Assembly (NCBI RefSeq): GCF_050920415.1
Contig: NZ_CP169309.1
From: Escherichia coli
Lineage (GTDB): Bacteria > Pseudomonadota > Gammaproteobacteria > Enterobacterales > Enterobacteriaceae
Direction: 5' to 3' (one strand)
Length of the DNA stretch: 64,000 nucleotides
How positions within the stretch are numbered: position 1 is the stretch's first letter; every line of letters begins with the position of its first letter. The position numbers and the translations under genes were made by a program. This document shows, piece by piece, positions 30,331-41,643 of the stretch. The notes below the pieces were generated by a model. It worked only from the letters and a program-made list of their open reading frames with translations, was not told the DNA's origin and made no database searches.

Positions 30331-30671
30331 AAATCATACTGCCTGTGGATGTGGTGTTGTAACGTTAAATTTTTGTGCCAATCCCTGGGGATGATACAGC
30401 GGTATATTTAAACAATTTTAGCGGGAAATACTCCCAACCAGGCGCGGCGAAGAATAGTTTTTCGATTTACCGCGTGAATGCAGTCAGTATGACAGCACCT
30501 GAAGCGCAATTTAAACGCTTATAACGTTTTAAAGCAAGAAGGGATCTAAAAACCAGAGGTATATAGCGATAAGAAATCACCAACCAGTATAAAACACTAT
30601 TTCCGTGAAAAAGACATGGCTAATCATGCGAACAAAAAATCACCAGCCGTTGTAAAATCTAACGCCCGTAT

Positions 30672-30710
30672 TTTGACTGCAAAGAAAATAAGCCAGCATC
30701 AGCTGGCTTA
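30672..30710 (-). terminator. rho-independent terminator downstream of phoR
   Basis: Minus strand: taagccagctgatgctggctta hairpin followed by ttttctttg. Confidence 0.6.
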
Positions 30711-30736
30711 TGGCAATAAAAGATGACAAAGGCGGA

Positions 30737-32032
30737 TTATTCGCTGTTTTTGGCAATTAAACGTTCCGGGATAACAAAACTGAAACGCGTACCTTTTCCC
30801 ACCGTACTCTCAATATGCAGGCGACTTTCGTGATGATTCACCGCATGTTTCACGATCGCTAACCCTAATCCGCTACCGCCAGTTTGTCGGGAACGTGCTT
30901 TATCAACGCGATAAAAACGCTCGGTCAGGCGCGGAATATGCTCCGGTGCGATGCCCGGTCCATTATCTTCAACGCTAAATTCGGCACCGTGCGGCACTCG
31001 CTGCCAGCGTACGGTGATATGCGTACCTTCCGGCGTATGATTCACGGCATTATAAACCAGGTTAGAAATCGCGCTGCGAAGTTGGTCTTCGTTGCCAGAC
31101 ACCTTGAGGTCGTTATCTATTTCAAAGGTAAATGTCTGTCTCTGCTGGCTCAGAGTCTGGGCCTCACGCTCAACGACCCGCAGCATCATCGGCACATCAA
31201 CCTTTTCATTAAGCAACTGCGTTGGCGCGGCTTCTATTTTTGACAGCGTCAGTAACTGCTTCACCAGCCCTTCCATCCGCTGGGTCTGCTCGCGCATGGT
31301 GTGCAACGCTTTTTCACGTACCGCACCTTGCAGTGGTTGCTCATCCATCATCTCCAGGTAACCCTGTAACACTGTCAATGGCGTACGCAACTCATGGCTC
31401 ACGTTGGCAAAAAAGTTACGCCGCGCCCCTTCCAGTTGATGCATTTGCGTGACATCACGCGCCACCATCAGCAACTGTTTGTGGGTATAAGGCATGACGC
31501 GAATTTCCAGATGCCGCCCGGTATTGAGCACCAGATTGAGCGGGCGAGAAAAATCACGCGTTTTCAGATATTGCGTAAACTCCGGATAACGCAGCAGATT
31601 AAGGATGTTCTGCCCATTATCTTCCGGCCAGCGCAAACCAAGAATTTGTTGCGCCAGACCATTACACCAGAAAATACCGCCCTCTTCCGTGGTCAGCACC
31701 ACCGCATCAGGCAGCGACTCCGCGCCGCTACGAAAGCGTTTAATCAGATTGCCCAGTTCGCGGCGACGTTTTTTATTACGCAGCTGCATCTGGTGTAAGC
31801 CGTATAGCAGCGGTTCCCAGCTACCACGCCCCGGAGGCGGGGTCATACTGCGATCCACCCACAGCCACCATGAAAGGCGCAATAAATTCCAAAAATGCCA
31901 GATAAGCAGTCCTGTTACCGATGCCAGCAAAAACCAAGGCAGGTAACCAAAAAATGCACCCAGGATGAAAGCCGGGAGGCAGCAAAGTAGCAGCTCCAGC
32001 ACCAGCCTTTTCCACGACAGCCGTTCCAGCAC
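30737..32032 (-). CDS. phoR: phosphate regulon sensor histidine kinase
   Basis: 431-aa ORF with H-box ([13 protein letters not shown]) and HATPase motifs (DNGPGI; [12 protein letters not shown]). Confidence 0.95.
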   Translation of the reverse strand: MLERLSWKRLVLELLLCCLPAFILGAFFGYLPWFLLASVTGLLIWHFWNLLRLSWWLWVDRSMTPPPGRGSWEPLLYGLHQMQLRNKKRRRELGNLIKRFRSGAESLPDAVVLTTEEGGIFWCNGLAQQILGLRWPEDNGQNILNLLRYPEFTQYLKTRDFSRPLNLVLNTGRHLEIRVMPYTHKQLLMVARDVTQMHQLEGARRNFFANVSHELRTPLTVLQGYLEMMDEQPLQGAVREKALHTMREQTQRMEGLVKQLLTLSKIEAAPTQLLNEKVDVPMMLRVVEREAQTLSQQRQTFTFEIDNDLKVSGNEDQLRSAISNLVYNAVNHTPEGTHITVRWQRVPHGAEFSVEDNGPGIAPEHIPRLTERFYRVDKARSRQTGGSGLGLAIVKHAVNHHESRLHIESTVGKGTRFSFVIPERLIAKNSE

Positions 32033-32089
32033 GTAAGATACTCCAGTTAAGAAATCATAAGCCCTGCTCTGCGTCCGATGAGCAAGGCG

Positions 32090-32779
32090 TTAAAAGCGGG
32101 TTGAAAAACGATATCCTGTACCGCGTACGGTCTGCACCATGCGGTCATGTCCGCCGGGCTCCAGTGCCTTACGCAGGCGACGAATGTGAACATCGACCGT
32201 GCGGTCTTCCACATATACGTTGGTTCCCCAGACGTGGTTTAACAGCTGCTCGCGGCTGTACACGCGCTCGGGATGTGTCATAAAAAAGTGCAGCAGTTTA
32301 AATTCTGTCGGCCCCATCTCCAGCGGTTCTTCGCCCGCCATCACCCGGTGAGATGTCGGGTCGAGACTGAGCCCCTGCATCTCGATCACCTCTTCCACCG
32401 CCATTGGCGAAATACGGCGCATTACCGCTTTGATTCGCGCCACCAGTTCCTTCGGCGAAAACGGCTTGGTGATATAGTCATCCGCACCGGTTTCAAGGCC
32501 GCGCACGCGATCTTCTTCTTCCCCTCTGGCGGTCAGCATCACCACTGGAATATCTCGGGTCATCGACTCGCGCTTGAGGTGTTTGATGAACTGGATACCG
32601 GAGCCGCCAGGTAACATCCAGTCAAGGAGAATTAAATCCGGCCAGGGTTCATTCAGTTGATTCACAGCACTGTCATAATCTTCCGCTTCGACCGGCTGAA
32701 AGCCATTTTGTTCGAGCACGAAGCAGACCATTTCGCGAATTGGAGCTTCATCTTCTACGACCAGAATACGTCTCGCCAT
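32090..32779 (-). CDS. phoB: phosphate regulon response regulator
   Basis: 229-aa [30 protein letters not shown]...; OmpR-type winged helix. Confidence 0.95.
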
Positions 32780-32830
32780 GATTTGCCCTGTTGTAATAAA
32801 TAGGTTGCGATCATTAATGCGACGTCATTA

Positions 32831-32860
32831 TGCGTCAGATTTATGACAGATTTATGAAAA
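32831..32860 (-). promoter_or_regulatory. Pho box (PhoB site) in phoBR promoter
   Basis: Minus strand TTTTCATAAATCTGTCATAAATCTGACGCA, direct CTGTCAT-type repeats about 50-80 nt upstream of phoB ATG. Confidence 0.7.
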
Positions 32861-32968
32861 GCACGTCGCACATATCTTCAGGTAGTTGATTTCCGTGGCG
32901 CAGAAAAAAGCAAATGGCACATCTGTTTGGGTATAATCGCGCCCATGCTTTTTCGCCAGGGAATCGTT

Positions 32969-34171
32969 ATGCGCATCCTTCACACCTCAGACTGGCATCT
33001 CGGCCAGAACTTCTACAGTAAAAGCCGCGAAGCTGAACACCAGGCCTTTCTTGACTGGCTGCTGGAAACAGCGCAAACCCATCAGGTGGATGCGATTATT
33101 GTTGCCGGTGATGTTTTCGATACCGGATCACCACCCAGTTACGCCCGCACGTTATACAACCGTTTTGTTGTCAATTTACAGCAAACGGGCTGTCATCTGG
33201 TGGTACTGGCAGGAAACCATGACTCGGTCGCCACGCTGAATGAATCGCGCGATATCATGGCGTTCCTCAATACTACCGTGGTCGCCAGCGCCGGACATGC
33301 GCCGCAAATCTTGCCTCGTCGCGACGGGACGCCAGGCGCAGTGCTGTGCCCCATTCCTTTTTTACGCCCGCGTGACATTATTACCAGCCAGGCGGGGCTT
33401 AACGGTATTGAAAAACAACAACATTTGCTGGCGGCTATTACCGATTATTACCAACAACATTATGCCGATGCCTGCAAACTGCGCGGCGATCAGCCTCTGC
33501 CCATCATCGCCACGGGGCATTTAACGACCGTTGGTGCCAGCAAAAGTGACGCCGTGCGTGACATTTATATTGGCACGCTGGACGCCTTCCCGGCACAAAA
33601 CTTTCCGCCAGCCGACTACATCGCGCTCGGGCATATTCACCGCGCACAGATTATTGGCGGCATGGAACATGTTCGCTATTGCGGTTCCCCCATTCCACTG
33701 AGTTTTGATGAATGCGGAAAAAGTAAATATGTCCATCTGGTGACATTTTCAAACGGCAAATTAGAGAGCGTGGAAAACCTGAGCGTGCCGATAACGCAAC
33801 CGATGGCGGTACTGAAAGGCGATCTGGCGTCGATTACCGAACAGCTGGAACAGTGGCGCGATGTATCACAGGAACCACCTGTCTGGCTGGATATCGAAAT
33901 CACTACTGATGAGTATCTGCATGATATTCAGCGCAAAATCCAGGCATTAACTGAATCACTGCCTGTCGAAGTATTGCTGGTACGCCGCAGCCGTGAACAG
34001 CGCGAGCGTGTGTTAGCCAGCCAACAGCGTGAAACCCTCAGCGAACTCAGCGTCGAAGAGGTGTTTAATCGTCGTCTCGCACTGGAAGAACTGGATGAAT
34101 CACAGCAGCAACGTCTGCAACATCTTTTCACCACGACGCTGCAGACCCTCGCCGGAGAACACGAAGCATGA
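32969..34171 (+). CDS. sbcD: SbcCD nuclease subunit D (Mre11-like)
   Basis: ORF 32927..34171; start set at [20 protein letters not shown] (calcineurin-like phosphoesterase), 400 aa. Confidence 0.92.
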   Translation: MRILHTSDWHLGQNFYSKSREAEHQAFLDWLLETAQTHQVDAIIVAGDVFDTGSPPSYARTLYNRFVVNLQQTGCHLVVLAGNHDSVATLNESRDIMAFLNTTVVASAGHAPQILPRRDGTPGAVLCPIPFLRPRDIITSQAGLNGIEKQQHLLAAITDYYQQHYADACKLRGDQPLPIIATGHLTTVGASKSDAVRDIYIGTLDAFPAQNFPPADYIALGHIHRAQIIGGMEHVRYCGSPIPLSFDECGKSKYVHLVTFSNGKLESVENLSVPITQPMAVLKGDLASITEQLEQWRDVSQEPPVWLDIEITTDEYLHDIQRKIQALTESLPVEVLLVRRSREQRERVLASQQRETLSELSVEEVFNRRLALEELDESQQQRLQHLFTTTLQTLAGEHEA

Positions 34172-37100
34172 AAATTCTCAGCCTGCGCCTGAAAAACCTG
34201 AACTCGTTAAAAGGCGAATGGAAGATTGATTTCACCCGCGAGCCGTTCGCCAGCAATGGGCTGTTTGCGATTACCGGCCCAACCGGCGCGGGGAAAACCA
34301 CCCTGCTGGATGCCATTTGCCTGGCGCTGTATCACGAAACTCCGCGCCTTTCTAACGTTTCACAATCGCAAAATGATCTAATGACCCGCGATACCGCCGA
34401 ATGTCTGGCGGAAGTGGAGTTTGAAGTCAAAGGTGAAGCGTACCGTGCCTTCTGGAGCCAGAATCGGGCGCGTAACCAGCCAGACGGTAATTTGCAGGTG
34501 CCGCGCGTAGAGCTGGCGCGCTGTACCGATGGCAAAATTCTCGCTGACAAAGTGAAAGATAAGCTGGAACTGACGGCGACGTTAACCGGACTGGATTATG
34601 GGCGTTTCACCCGTTCGATGCTGCTTTCGCAGGGGCAATTTGCTGCCTTCCTGAATGCCAAACCAAAAGAACGCGCGGAATTGCTCGAGGAATTAACCGG
34701 CACCGAAATCTACGGGCAAATCTCTGCGATGGTCTTTGAGCAGCACAAATCGGCCCGCACTGAGCTGGAGAAACTGCAAGCGCAGGCCAGCGGCGTCGCG
34801 TTATTAGCGCCAGAACAAGTGCAATCGCTGACAGAAAGTTTGCAGGTACTCACTGTCGAAGAGAAACAGTTACTCGCCGCACAGCAGCAAGAACAACAAT
34901 CGCTAAACTGGTTAACGCGTCTGGACGAATTGCAGCAAGAAGCCAGCCGCCGTCAGCAGGCATTGCAACAGGCGTTAGCCGAAGAAGAAAAAGCGCAACC
35001 TCAACTGGCGGCGCTCAGTCTGGCACAACCGGCGCGAAATCTTCGTCCGCACTGGGAACGCATCGCAGAACACACTGCGGCACTGGCGCATACTCGCCAG
35101 CAGATTGAAGAAGTAAATACTCGCTTACAGCGCACAATGGCGCTTCGTGCGAGCATTCGCCACCACGCGGCGAAGCAGTCTGCAGAATTACAGCAGCAGC
35201 AACAAAGCCTGAATGCCTGGTTACAGGAACACGACCGCTTCCGTCAGTGGAACAACGAACTGGCGGGTTGGCGTGCGCAGTTCTCCCAACAAACCAGCGA
35301 TCGCGAGCATCTGCGGCAATGGCAGCAACAGTTAACCCATGCAGAGCAAAAACTTAATTCACTTCCGGCGATCTCGTTGACGTTGAGCGCCGATGAAGTT
35401 GCTAGCGCCCTGGCGCAACATGCTGAGCAACGCACGCTGCGTCAGCGCCTGGTCGCGCTGCATGGGCAGATTGTTCCCCAACAAAAACGCCTGGCGCAAT
35501 TACAGGTCGCTATCCAGAATGTCACGCAGGAACAGACGCAACGTAACGCCGCACTTAACGAAATGCGCCAGCGTTATAAAGAAAAAACGCAACAACTTGC
35601 CGATGTGAAAACCATTTGCGAGCAGGAAGCGCGCATCAAAACGCTGGAAGCTCAACGTGCGCAGTTACAGGCAGGTCAGCCTTGCCCACTTTGTGGTTCC
35701 ACCAGCCACCCGGCAGTAGAGGCGTATCAGGCACTGGAACCGGGTGTTAATCAGGCCCGCTTACTGACGCTTGAAAACGAAGTGAAAAAGCTCGGGGAGG
35801 AAGGCGCGGCGCTGCGCGGGCAACTGGATGCATTAACGAAGCAGCTTCAGCGCGATGAGAACGAAGCGCAAAGCCTCCGACAAGATGAGCAAGCACTTAC
35901 TCAACAGTGGCGAGCTGTCACAGCCAGCCTCAATATCACCTTGCAGCCACAGAACGACATTCAACCGTGGCTGGATGCACAAGATGAACATGAACGCCAG
36001 TTGCGGTTACTCAGCCAACGACATGAATTACAAGGGCAGATTGCTGCGCATAATCAACAAATTATCCAGTATCAACAGCAAATTGAACAACGCCAGCAGC
36101 AACTCTCTGCGGCATTAGCGAGTTACGCGCTGGCATTGCCACAGGAAAATGAAGAAGAGAGCTGGTTAGCGACACGTCAGCAAGAAGCGCAGAGCTGGCA
36201 ACAGCGTCAGAACGAATTAACCACGCTGCAAAACCGTATTCAGCAACTGACGCCGATTCTGGATACGTTACCGCAAGGTGATGAGTTACCGCACAGCGAA
36301 GAAACAGTGGCACTGGAAAACTGGCGGCAAATTCATGAACAATGTCTCGCGTTACAAAGCCAGCAGCAAACGTTGCAGCAGCAGGGCGTTCTGGCGACAC
36401 AAAGTCTGCAAAAAGCCCAGGCGCAGTTTGACACCGCGCTACAGGCCAGCGTCTTTGACGATCAACAGGCGTTCCTTGCAGCACTGATGGATGAACGAAC
36501 ACTAACGCAACTGGAACAGCTCAAACAGAATCTGGAAAACCAGCGCCGTCAGGCGCAAACGTTGACCGCTCAGACAGCAGAAACGCTGGTACAGCATCAG
36601 CATCACCGACCTGACGGGTTAGATCTCTCTATGACGATGGAACAGATTAAACAAGAGTTAGCACAAACTAACCAAAAGTTGCGTGAAAACACCACGAGTC
36701 AGGGCGAGATTCGTCAACAGCTGAAACAGGATGCGGAAAACCGTCAGCAACAACAAACCTTAATGCAGCAAATTGCTCAAATGACGCAGCAGGTTGAGGA
36801 CTGGGGATATCTGAATTCGCTAATAGGTTCCAAAGAGGGCGATAAATTCCGCAAGTTTGCCCAGGGACTGACGCTGGATAATTTAGTCCATCTCGCTAAT
36901 CAGCAACTTACCCGGTTACACGGGCGCTATCTGTTACAGCGCAAAGCCAGCGAGGCGCTGGAAGTCGAGGTTGTCGATACCTGGCAGGCAGACGCGGTAC
37001 GCGATACCCGTACGCTTTCTGGCGGCGAAAGTTTTCTCGTCAGTCTGGCGCTGGCGCTGGCACTTTCGGATCTGGTCAGCCATAAAACGCGTATTGACTC

Positions 37101-37311
37101 GCTGTTCCTCGATGAAGGTTTCGGCACGCTGGATAGCGAAACACTGGATACCGCCCTTGATGCCCTGGATGCTCTGAATGCCAGTGGTAAAACTATCGGT
37201 GTGATTAGCCACGTTGAAGCGATGAAAGAGCGTATTCCGGTGCAGATCAAAGTGAAGAAGATCAACGGACTAGGCTACAGCAAGCTGGAAAATGCATTTG
37301 CAGTGAAATAA
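34168..37311 (+). CDS. sbcC: SbcCD nuclease ATPase subunit C (Rad50-like)
   Basis: 1047-aa ORF: Walker [10 protein letters not shown], long Q-rich coiled coil, CPLCGS zinc hook, C-terminal [15 protein letters not shown]...[10 protein letters not shown]; overlaps sbcD stop. Confidence 0.95.
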   Translation: MKILSLRLKNLNSLKGEWKIDFTREPFASNGLFAITGPTGAGKTTLLDAICLALYHETPRLSNVSQSQNDLMTRDTAECLAEVEFEVKGEAYRAFWSQNRARNQPDGNLQVPRVELARCTDGKILADKVKDKLELTATLTGLDYGRFTRSMLLSQGQFAAFLNAKPKERAELLEELTGTEIYGQISAMVFEQHKSARTELEKLQAQASGVALLAPEQVQSLTESLQVLTVEEKQLLAAQQQEQQSLNWLTRLDELQQEASRRQQALQQALAEEEKAQPQLAALSLAQPARNLRPHWERIAEHTAALAHTRQQIEEVNTRLQRTMALRASIRHHAAKQSAELQQQQQSLNAWLQEHDRFRQWNNELAGWRAQFSQQTSDREHLRQWQQQLTHAEQKLNSLPAISLTLSADEVASALAQHAEQRTLRQRLVALHGQIVPQQKRLAQLQVAIQNVTQEQTQRNAALNEMRQRYKEKTQQLADVKTICEQEARIKTLEAQRAQLQAGQPCPLCGSTSHPAVEAYQALEPGVNQARLLTLENEVKKLGEEGAALRGQLDALTKQLQRDENEAQSLRQDEQALTQQWRAVTASLNITLQPQNDIQPWLDAQDEHERQLRLLSQRHELQGQIAAHNQQIIQYQQQIEQRQQQLSAALASYALALPQENEEESWLATRQQEAQSWQQRQNELTTLQNRIQQLTPILDTLPQGDELPHSEETVALENWRQIHEQCLALQSQQQTLQQQGVLATQSLQKAQAQFDTALQASVFDDQQAFLAALMDERTLTQLEQLKQNLENQRRQAQTLTAQTAETLVQHQHHRPDGLDLSMTMEQIKQELAQTNQKLRENTTSQGEIRQQLKQDAENRQQQQTLMQQIAQMTQQVEDWGYLNSLIGSKEGDKFRKFAQGLTLDNLVHLANQQLTRLHGRYLLQRKASEALEVEVVDTWQADAVRDTRTLSGGESFLVSLALALALSDLVSHKTRIDSLFLDEGFGTLDSETLDTALDALDALNASGKTIGVISHVEAMKERIPVQIKVKKINGLGYSKLENAFAVK

Positions 37312-37436
37312 CTATTCAGCAGGATAATGAATACAGAGGGGCGAATTATCTCTTGGCCTCGCTGGCCGTTATCCTGCAAGCTATCACTTTATTGGCTACG
37401 GTGATTGGTAGCCGTTCTGGTGGTTGTGATGGTGGT

Positions 37437-38621
37437 ATGAAAAAAGTTATTTTATCTTTGGCTCTGGGCACGTTTGGTTTGGGAATGGCCGAATTTGGCA
37501 TTATGGGCGTGCTTACGGAGCTGGCACATAACGTAGGTATTTCGATTCCTGCCGCCGGGCATATGATCTCGTATTATGCGCTGGGGGTGGTGGTCGGTGC
37601 ACCAATCATCGCACTCTTTTCCAGCCGCTACTCGCTCAAACATATCTTGTTGTTTCTGGTGGCGTTGTGCGTTATTGGCAATGCCATGTTCACGCTCTCT
37701 TCGTCTTACCTGATGCTCGCCCTTGGTCGGCTGGTTTCCGGCTTTCCGCATGGCGCTTTTTTTGGCGTCGGGGCGATTGTGTTATCGAAAATTATCAAAC
37801 CCGGCAAAGTCACCGCCGCCGTGGCGGGGATGGTTTCGGGGATGACAGTTGCCAATTTGCTGGGCATTCCGCTGGGGACGTATTTAAGTCAGGAGTTTAG
37901 CTGGCGTTACACCTTTTTATTGATCTCTGTGTTTAATATCGCGGTGATGGCATCGGTCTATTTTTGGGTGCCGGATATTCGCGACGAGGCGAAAGGAAAG
38001 CTGCGCGAACAATTTCACTTTTTGCGCAGCCCGGCCCCGTGGTTAATTTTCGCTGCCACGATGTTTGGCAACGCGGGTGTATTTGCCTGGTTCAGCTACG
38101 TAAAGCCATACATGATGTTTATTTCCGGTTTTTCGGAAACGGCGATGACCTTTATTATGATGTTAGTTGGGCTGGGGATGGTGTTGGGGAATGTGCTAAG
38201 TGGCCGGATTTCAGGACGTTATTCACCACTACGCATTGCGGCAGTGACTGATTTCATTATTGTGCTGGCATTGCTGATGCTCTTTTTCTTCGGCGGCATG
38301 AAAACAACGTCGCTTATTTTTGCTTTTATTTGTTGCGCGGGATTATTTGCCCTTTCAGCACCACTGCAAATATTGTTACTGCAAAATGCCAAAGGTGGAG
38401 AATTATTAGGTGCCGCAGGTGGGCAAATAGCGTTTAACCTCGGTAGCGCGGTCGGCGCATATTGCGGAGGTATGATGCTGACGCTGGGGCTGACTTATAA
38501 TTACGTGGCGCTGCCTGCCGCCCTGCTTTCGTTTGCTGCGATGTCGTCGTTGCTGCTGTATGGTCGCTATAAGCGCCAGCAAGCGGCGGATAGTCCGGTG
38601 CTGGCGAAACCAGTGGGATAG
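37437..38621 (+). CDS. araJ: MFS transporter AraJ
   Basis: ORF 37353..38621; start set at MKKVILSLALGTFGLGMAEFGIMGVL, 394 aa. Confidence 0.88.
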   Translation: MKKVILSLALGTFGLGMAEFGIMGVLTELAHNVGISIPAAGHMISYYALGVVVGAPIIALFSSRYSLKHILLFLVALCVIGNAMFTLSSSYLMLALGRLVSGFPHGAFFGVGAIVLSKIIKPGKVTAAVAGMVSGMTVANLLGIPLGTYLSQEFSWRYTFLLISVFNIAVMASVYFWVPDIRDEAKGKLREQFHFLRSPAPWLIFAATMFGNAGVFAWFSYVKPYMMFISGFSETAMTFIMMLVGLGMVLGNVLSGRISGRYSPLRIAAVTDFIIVLALLMLFFFGGMKTTSLIFAFICCAGLFALSAPLQILLLQNAKGGELLGAAGGQIAFNLGSAVGAYCGGMMLTLGLTYNYVALPAALLSFAAMSSLLLYGRYKRQQAADSPVLAKPVG

Positions 38622-38640
38622 GTTGCAGTCACTGCTTGTT

Positions 38641-38728
38641 GTCGGATGCGGCGCGAGCGTCTTATCCGACCTACGCGGGCTGCTCATTTTGTAGGCCTGA
38701 TAAGACGCGGCAAGCGTCGCATCAGGCA
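38641..38728. repeat. BIME (two inverted REP units)
   Basis: gtcggatgcggcgcgagcgtcttatccgacctac ... gtaggcctgataagacgcggcaagcgtcgcatcaggca. Confidence 0.8.
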
Positions 38729-38752
38729 TGATGCACCAATTGCCTGGTTTTT

Positions 38753-39661
38753 TTACTCTTGTGGCCATAACCACGCAGCGCCGCGTACGCCACTGGAATC
38801 ACCATGTTTCGCCTTACGCACCGGCGTTTCACATTCGCCGCCGAAGACAAATTGTTTAATCAACTGCGGAACCGTTTGATATAAACGATCTACATTGCTC
38901 ATCCCTCCCCCCAACACAATCACATCCGGATCGAGAATATTCACTACGTGTGCCAGCGATTTTGCCAGCCGCAGCTCGTAGCGACGCAATGCCAGTTCCG
39001 CTACCGGATCGCTTTCTTCTACCAGGCGGATAATTTCACTGCCTTTCAGCGCATGTCCGCTCAAACGACGATAATCCGTCGCGAATCCCGTGCCCGAAAT
39101 AAAGGTTTCAATACAACCTTGTTTACCGCAATAACAAGGGACTTCCTCGCGATAACGCAGTTCATCTTCGTCCATCCACGGTAGCGGATTGTGTCCCCAC
39201 TCGCCTGCCGTGCCATTGCCGCCGATATGCGCTCGACCATTGAACGCTACGCCCGCGCCGCATCCCGTGCCGATAATCACGGCAAATACCGTCTGCGCTC
39301 CCGCTGCTGCGCCATCTACCGCTTCCGAGACCGCCAGACAGTTGGCGTCATTTGCCAACCGCACTTCCCGTTGCAACCGCGCGCTTAAATCTTTATCAAA
39401 TGGCTGACCGTTAAGCCAGGTTGAATTGGCATTTTTCACCACGCCAGTGTAAGGCGAAATCGAGCCTGGAATGCCCATGCCTACCGTTCCGCGCTGCCCT
39501 GTCGCCTGCTCCGCCATATCAACCAACGTGGCGATCGTTTCGATGGTCTGATGGTAATCATCACGCGGCGTGGGCAGACGATGACGATACAACTGCTCCC
39601 CTGCATCGCCCAGTGCAATCACTTCAGTTTTAGTGCCGCCTAAATCGATACCTATACGCAC
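38753..39661 (-). CDS. mak: manno(fructo)kinase, ROK family
   Basis: ORF 38753..39799; start set at GTG giving (M)[17 protein letters not shown]..., 302 aa. Confidence 0.85.
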   Translation of the reverse strand: MRIGIDLGGTKTEVIALGDAGEQLYRHRLPTPRDDYHQTIETIATLVDMAEQATGQRGTVGMGIPGSISPYTGVVKNANSTWLNGQPFDKDLSARLQREVRLANDANCLAVSEAVDGAAAGAQTVFAVIIGTGCGAGVAFNGRAHIGGNGTAGEWGHNPLPWMDEDELRYREEVPCYCGKQGCIETFISGTGFATDYRRLSGHALKGSEIIRLVEESDPVAELALRRYELRLAKSLAHVVNILDPDVIVLGGGMSNVDRLYQTVPQLIKQFVFGGECETPVRKAKHGDSSGVRGAAWLWPQE

Positions 39662-39785
39662 GGTACTCTCCTTATTTTTTTCAATATCAATAGCGTAGAG
39701 ACGGACAACCGGATTGGCAATGCAAGGCCGCCGACAATTCGTTATCATGCCCGCTAAATTTAACGACAAGGCCGTGGAAATTATC

Positions 39786-40697
39786 ATGCTGTGGTTCAAA
39801 AATTTAATGGTTTACCGTCTTAGCCGCGAGATTTCGCTGCGTGCAGAAGAGATGGAAAAACAGCTAGCCTCGATGGCATTTACCCCATGCGGCAGACAGG
39901 ACATGGCGAAGATGGGCTGGGTTCCTCCGATGGGATCGCACAGCGATGCGTTAACGCACGTTGCCAATGGTCAAATTGTTATCTGCGCACGCAAAGAAGA
40001 AAAAATCCTCCCGTCTCCGGTGATTAAACAGGCGCTGGAAGCAAAAATCGCCAAGCTGGAAGCGGAACAGGCGCGCAAGCTGAAGAAAACCGAAAAAGAT
40101 TCGCTGAAAGATGAAGTGCTGCACTCTCTTCTGCCGCGCGCTTTCAGCCGTTTCAGCCAAACCATGATGTGGATCGACACGGTAAACGGTTTGATTATGG
40201 TGGACTGCGCCAGTGCCAAAAAAGCAGAAGATACGCTGGCATTACTGCGTAAAAGCCTGGGGTCGTTACCGGTTGTACCATTGAGCATGGAAAACCCGAT
40301 TGAACTGACGCTGACCGAATGGGTACGCTCTGGTAGTGCGGCACAAGGCTTCCAGCTGCTTGATGAAGCCGAACTGAAATCGTTGCTGGAAGATGGCGGC
40401 GTGATCCGCGCGAAGAAACAAGATTTGACCAGCGAAGAAATCACCAACCACATTGAAGCAGGAAAAGTGGTGACTAAACTGGCGCTCGACTGGCAGCAGC
40501 GCATTCAGTTTGTGATGTGCGACGATGGTTCACTCAAGCGTCTGAAGTTTTGCGACGAGCTGCGCGATCAAAACGAAGATATCGACCGTGAAGATTTTGC
40601 CCAACGTTTTGATGCCGATTTCATCCTGATGACCGGTGAACTGGCAGCATTAATCCACAACCTGATCGAAGGATTAGGTGGCGAAGCACAACGTTAA
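39786..40697 (+). CDS. rdgC: recombination-associated protein RdgC
   Basis: ORF 39714..40697; start set at [28 protein letters not shown], 303 aa. Confidence 0.92.
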   Translation: MLWFKNLMVYRLSREISLRAEEMEKQLASMAFTPCGRQDMAKMGWVPPMGSHSDALTHVANGQIVICARKEEKILPSPVIKQALEAKIAKLEAEQARKLKKTEKDSLKDEVLHSLLPRAFSRFSQTMMWIDTVNGLIMVDCASAKKAEDTLALLRKSLGSLPVVPLSMENPIELTLTEWVRSGSAAQGFQLLDEAELKSLLEDGGVIRAKKQDLTSEEITNHIEAGKVVTKLALDWQQRIQFVMCDDGSLKRLKFCDELRDQNEDIDREDFAQRFDADFILMTGELAALIHNLIEGLGGEAQR

Positions 40698-40717
40698 TTG
40701 CTGATTTGCCTTTAATG

Positions 40718-40756
40718 CCGGATGCGACGCCTGCGGCGTCTTATCCGGCGTACGAA
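40718..40756. repeat. REP element
   Basis: atgccggatgcgacgcctgcggcgtcttatccggcgtac. Confidence 0.7.
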
Positions 40757-40774
40757 TCCACACCAGGCATATAA

Positions 40775-41137
40775 TCATTCGCTACGGCGGGCAATAATTT
40801 TTAGCGCAGCAATATTATGCGTTTTACGCCGTAACTGATCCAACCGTCTCATCCCTATTCGCCTGTCAGCGGCACGCAGAATATTCACTAACCCCCATTT
40901 ATCGCTGGTAAATTGTTTCGTTAACAGCTCCGCTTTTGGGGTATCAATATATTCACGCAATAAATCAGAAATTGAACAAATATCCGTCAGATAAGGATAC
41001 CAGCAAGTTTCACCATGAAAATTACGCACTCCACCATTGCCTGCCATAAAGTCTTTTGGGTAATCCCAGATCACGTCTTTATCCAACGTGATCCAATAAC
41101 GCGGTAAATCGGTGCTTCCACCATTTTGGCTGCGCAT
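40775..41137 (-). CDS. hypothetical protein, 120 aa (third gene of rdgC-ppnP insert)
   Basis: [53 protein letters not shown]...; no recognisable motif; 3' end abuts a REP, so the C-terminus may be remodelled. Confidence 0.55.
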   Translation of the reverse strand: MRSQNGGSTDLPRYWITLDKDVIWDYPKDFMAGNGGVRNFHGETCWYPYLTDICSISDLLREYIDTPKAELLTKQFTSDKWGLVNILRAADRRIGMRRLDQLRRKTHNIAALKIIARRSE

Positions 41138-41226
41138 GGGATAACGGGTACAGTGAATTTGCAGGTTGATCGTTGGCGTCAGTAAGTCATAAATCTCCCG
41201 CTGTAACTTGCTTCAGGGGCGTTGTG

Positions 41227-41631
41227 TCATTGTTTTTCCTCAAGCCGGTTACGCGCTTCACTGCGAATTTGCCGCGTTGCCCCGGTTTTCACTAAATCAC
41301 GTAACTGCGAAAGATCGGGCTGATCGACAAATAAGATTAATGATGGATCCTCTTTTAACCACGCCGTTTTCACATCGGCAGCCAACTGTGAATTATTAAT
41401 AGCCAGCGCCCGATCCTGTGACTCAGTCAATGTCGTTAACAAAGAGGCTGGGGTATGTACATTGTGCAACGCCGTCTGCCGCAAATGATCATTGTGACTT
41501 TTCAGCAATCCGCACCACCATTCATCATCTGATTTATCTTTTATCGTATCCAGCTCCGCAAAAATATCGCTTTCCTCATGATTCCAGCGGAGTAATCCTC
41601 TTTCACTTTGTCTACGGGTGCTATTTTTCAT
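41227..41631 (-). CDS. hypothetical protein, 134 aa
   Basis: ORF MKNSTRRQSERGLLRWNHEESDIFAELD...; starts 12 nt after the 623-aa ORF stop; repeat flavour resembles the upstream gene. Confidence 0.55.
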   Translation of the reverse strand: MKNSTRRQSERGLLRWNHEESDIFAELDTIKDKSDDEWWCGLLKSHNDHLRQTALHNVHTPASLLTTLTESQDRALAINNSQLAADVKTAWLKEDPSLILFVDQPDLSQLRDLVKTGATRQIRSEARNRLEEKQ

Positions 41632-41643
41632 ACTGACAACAGA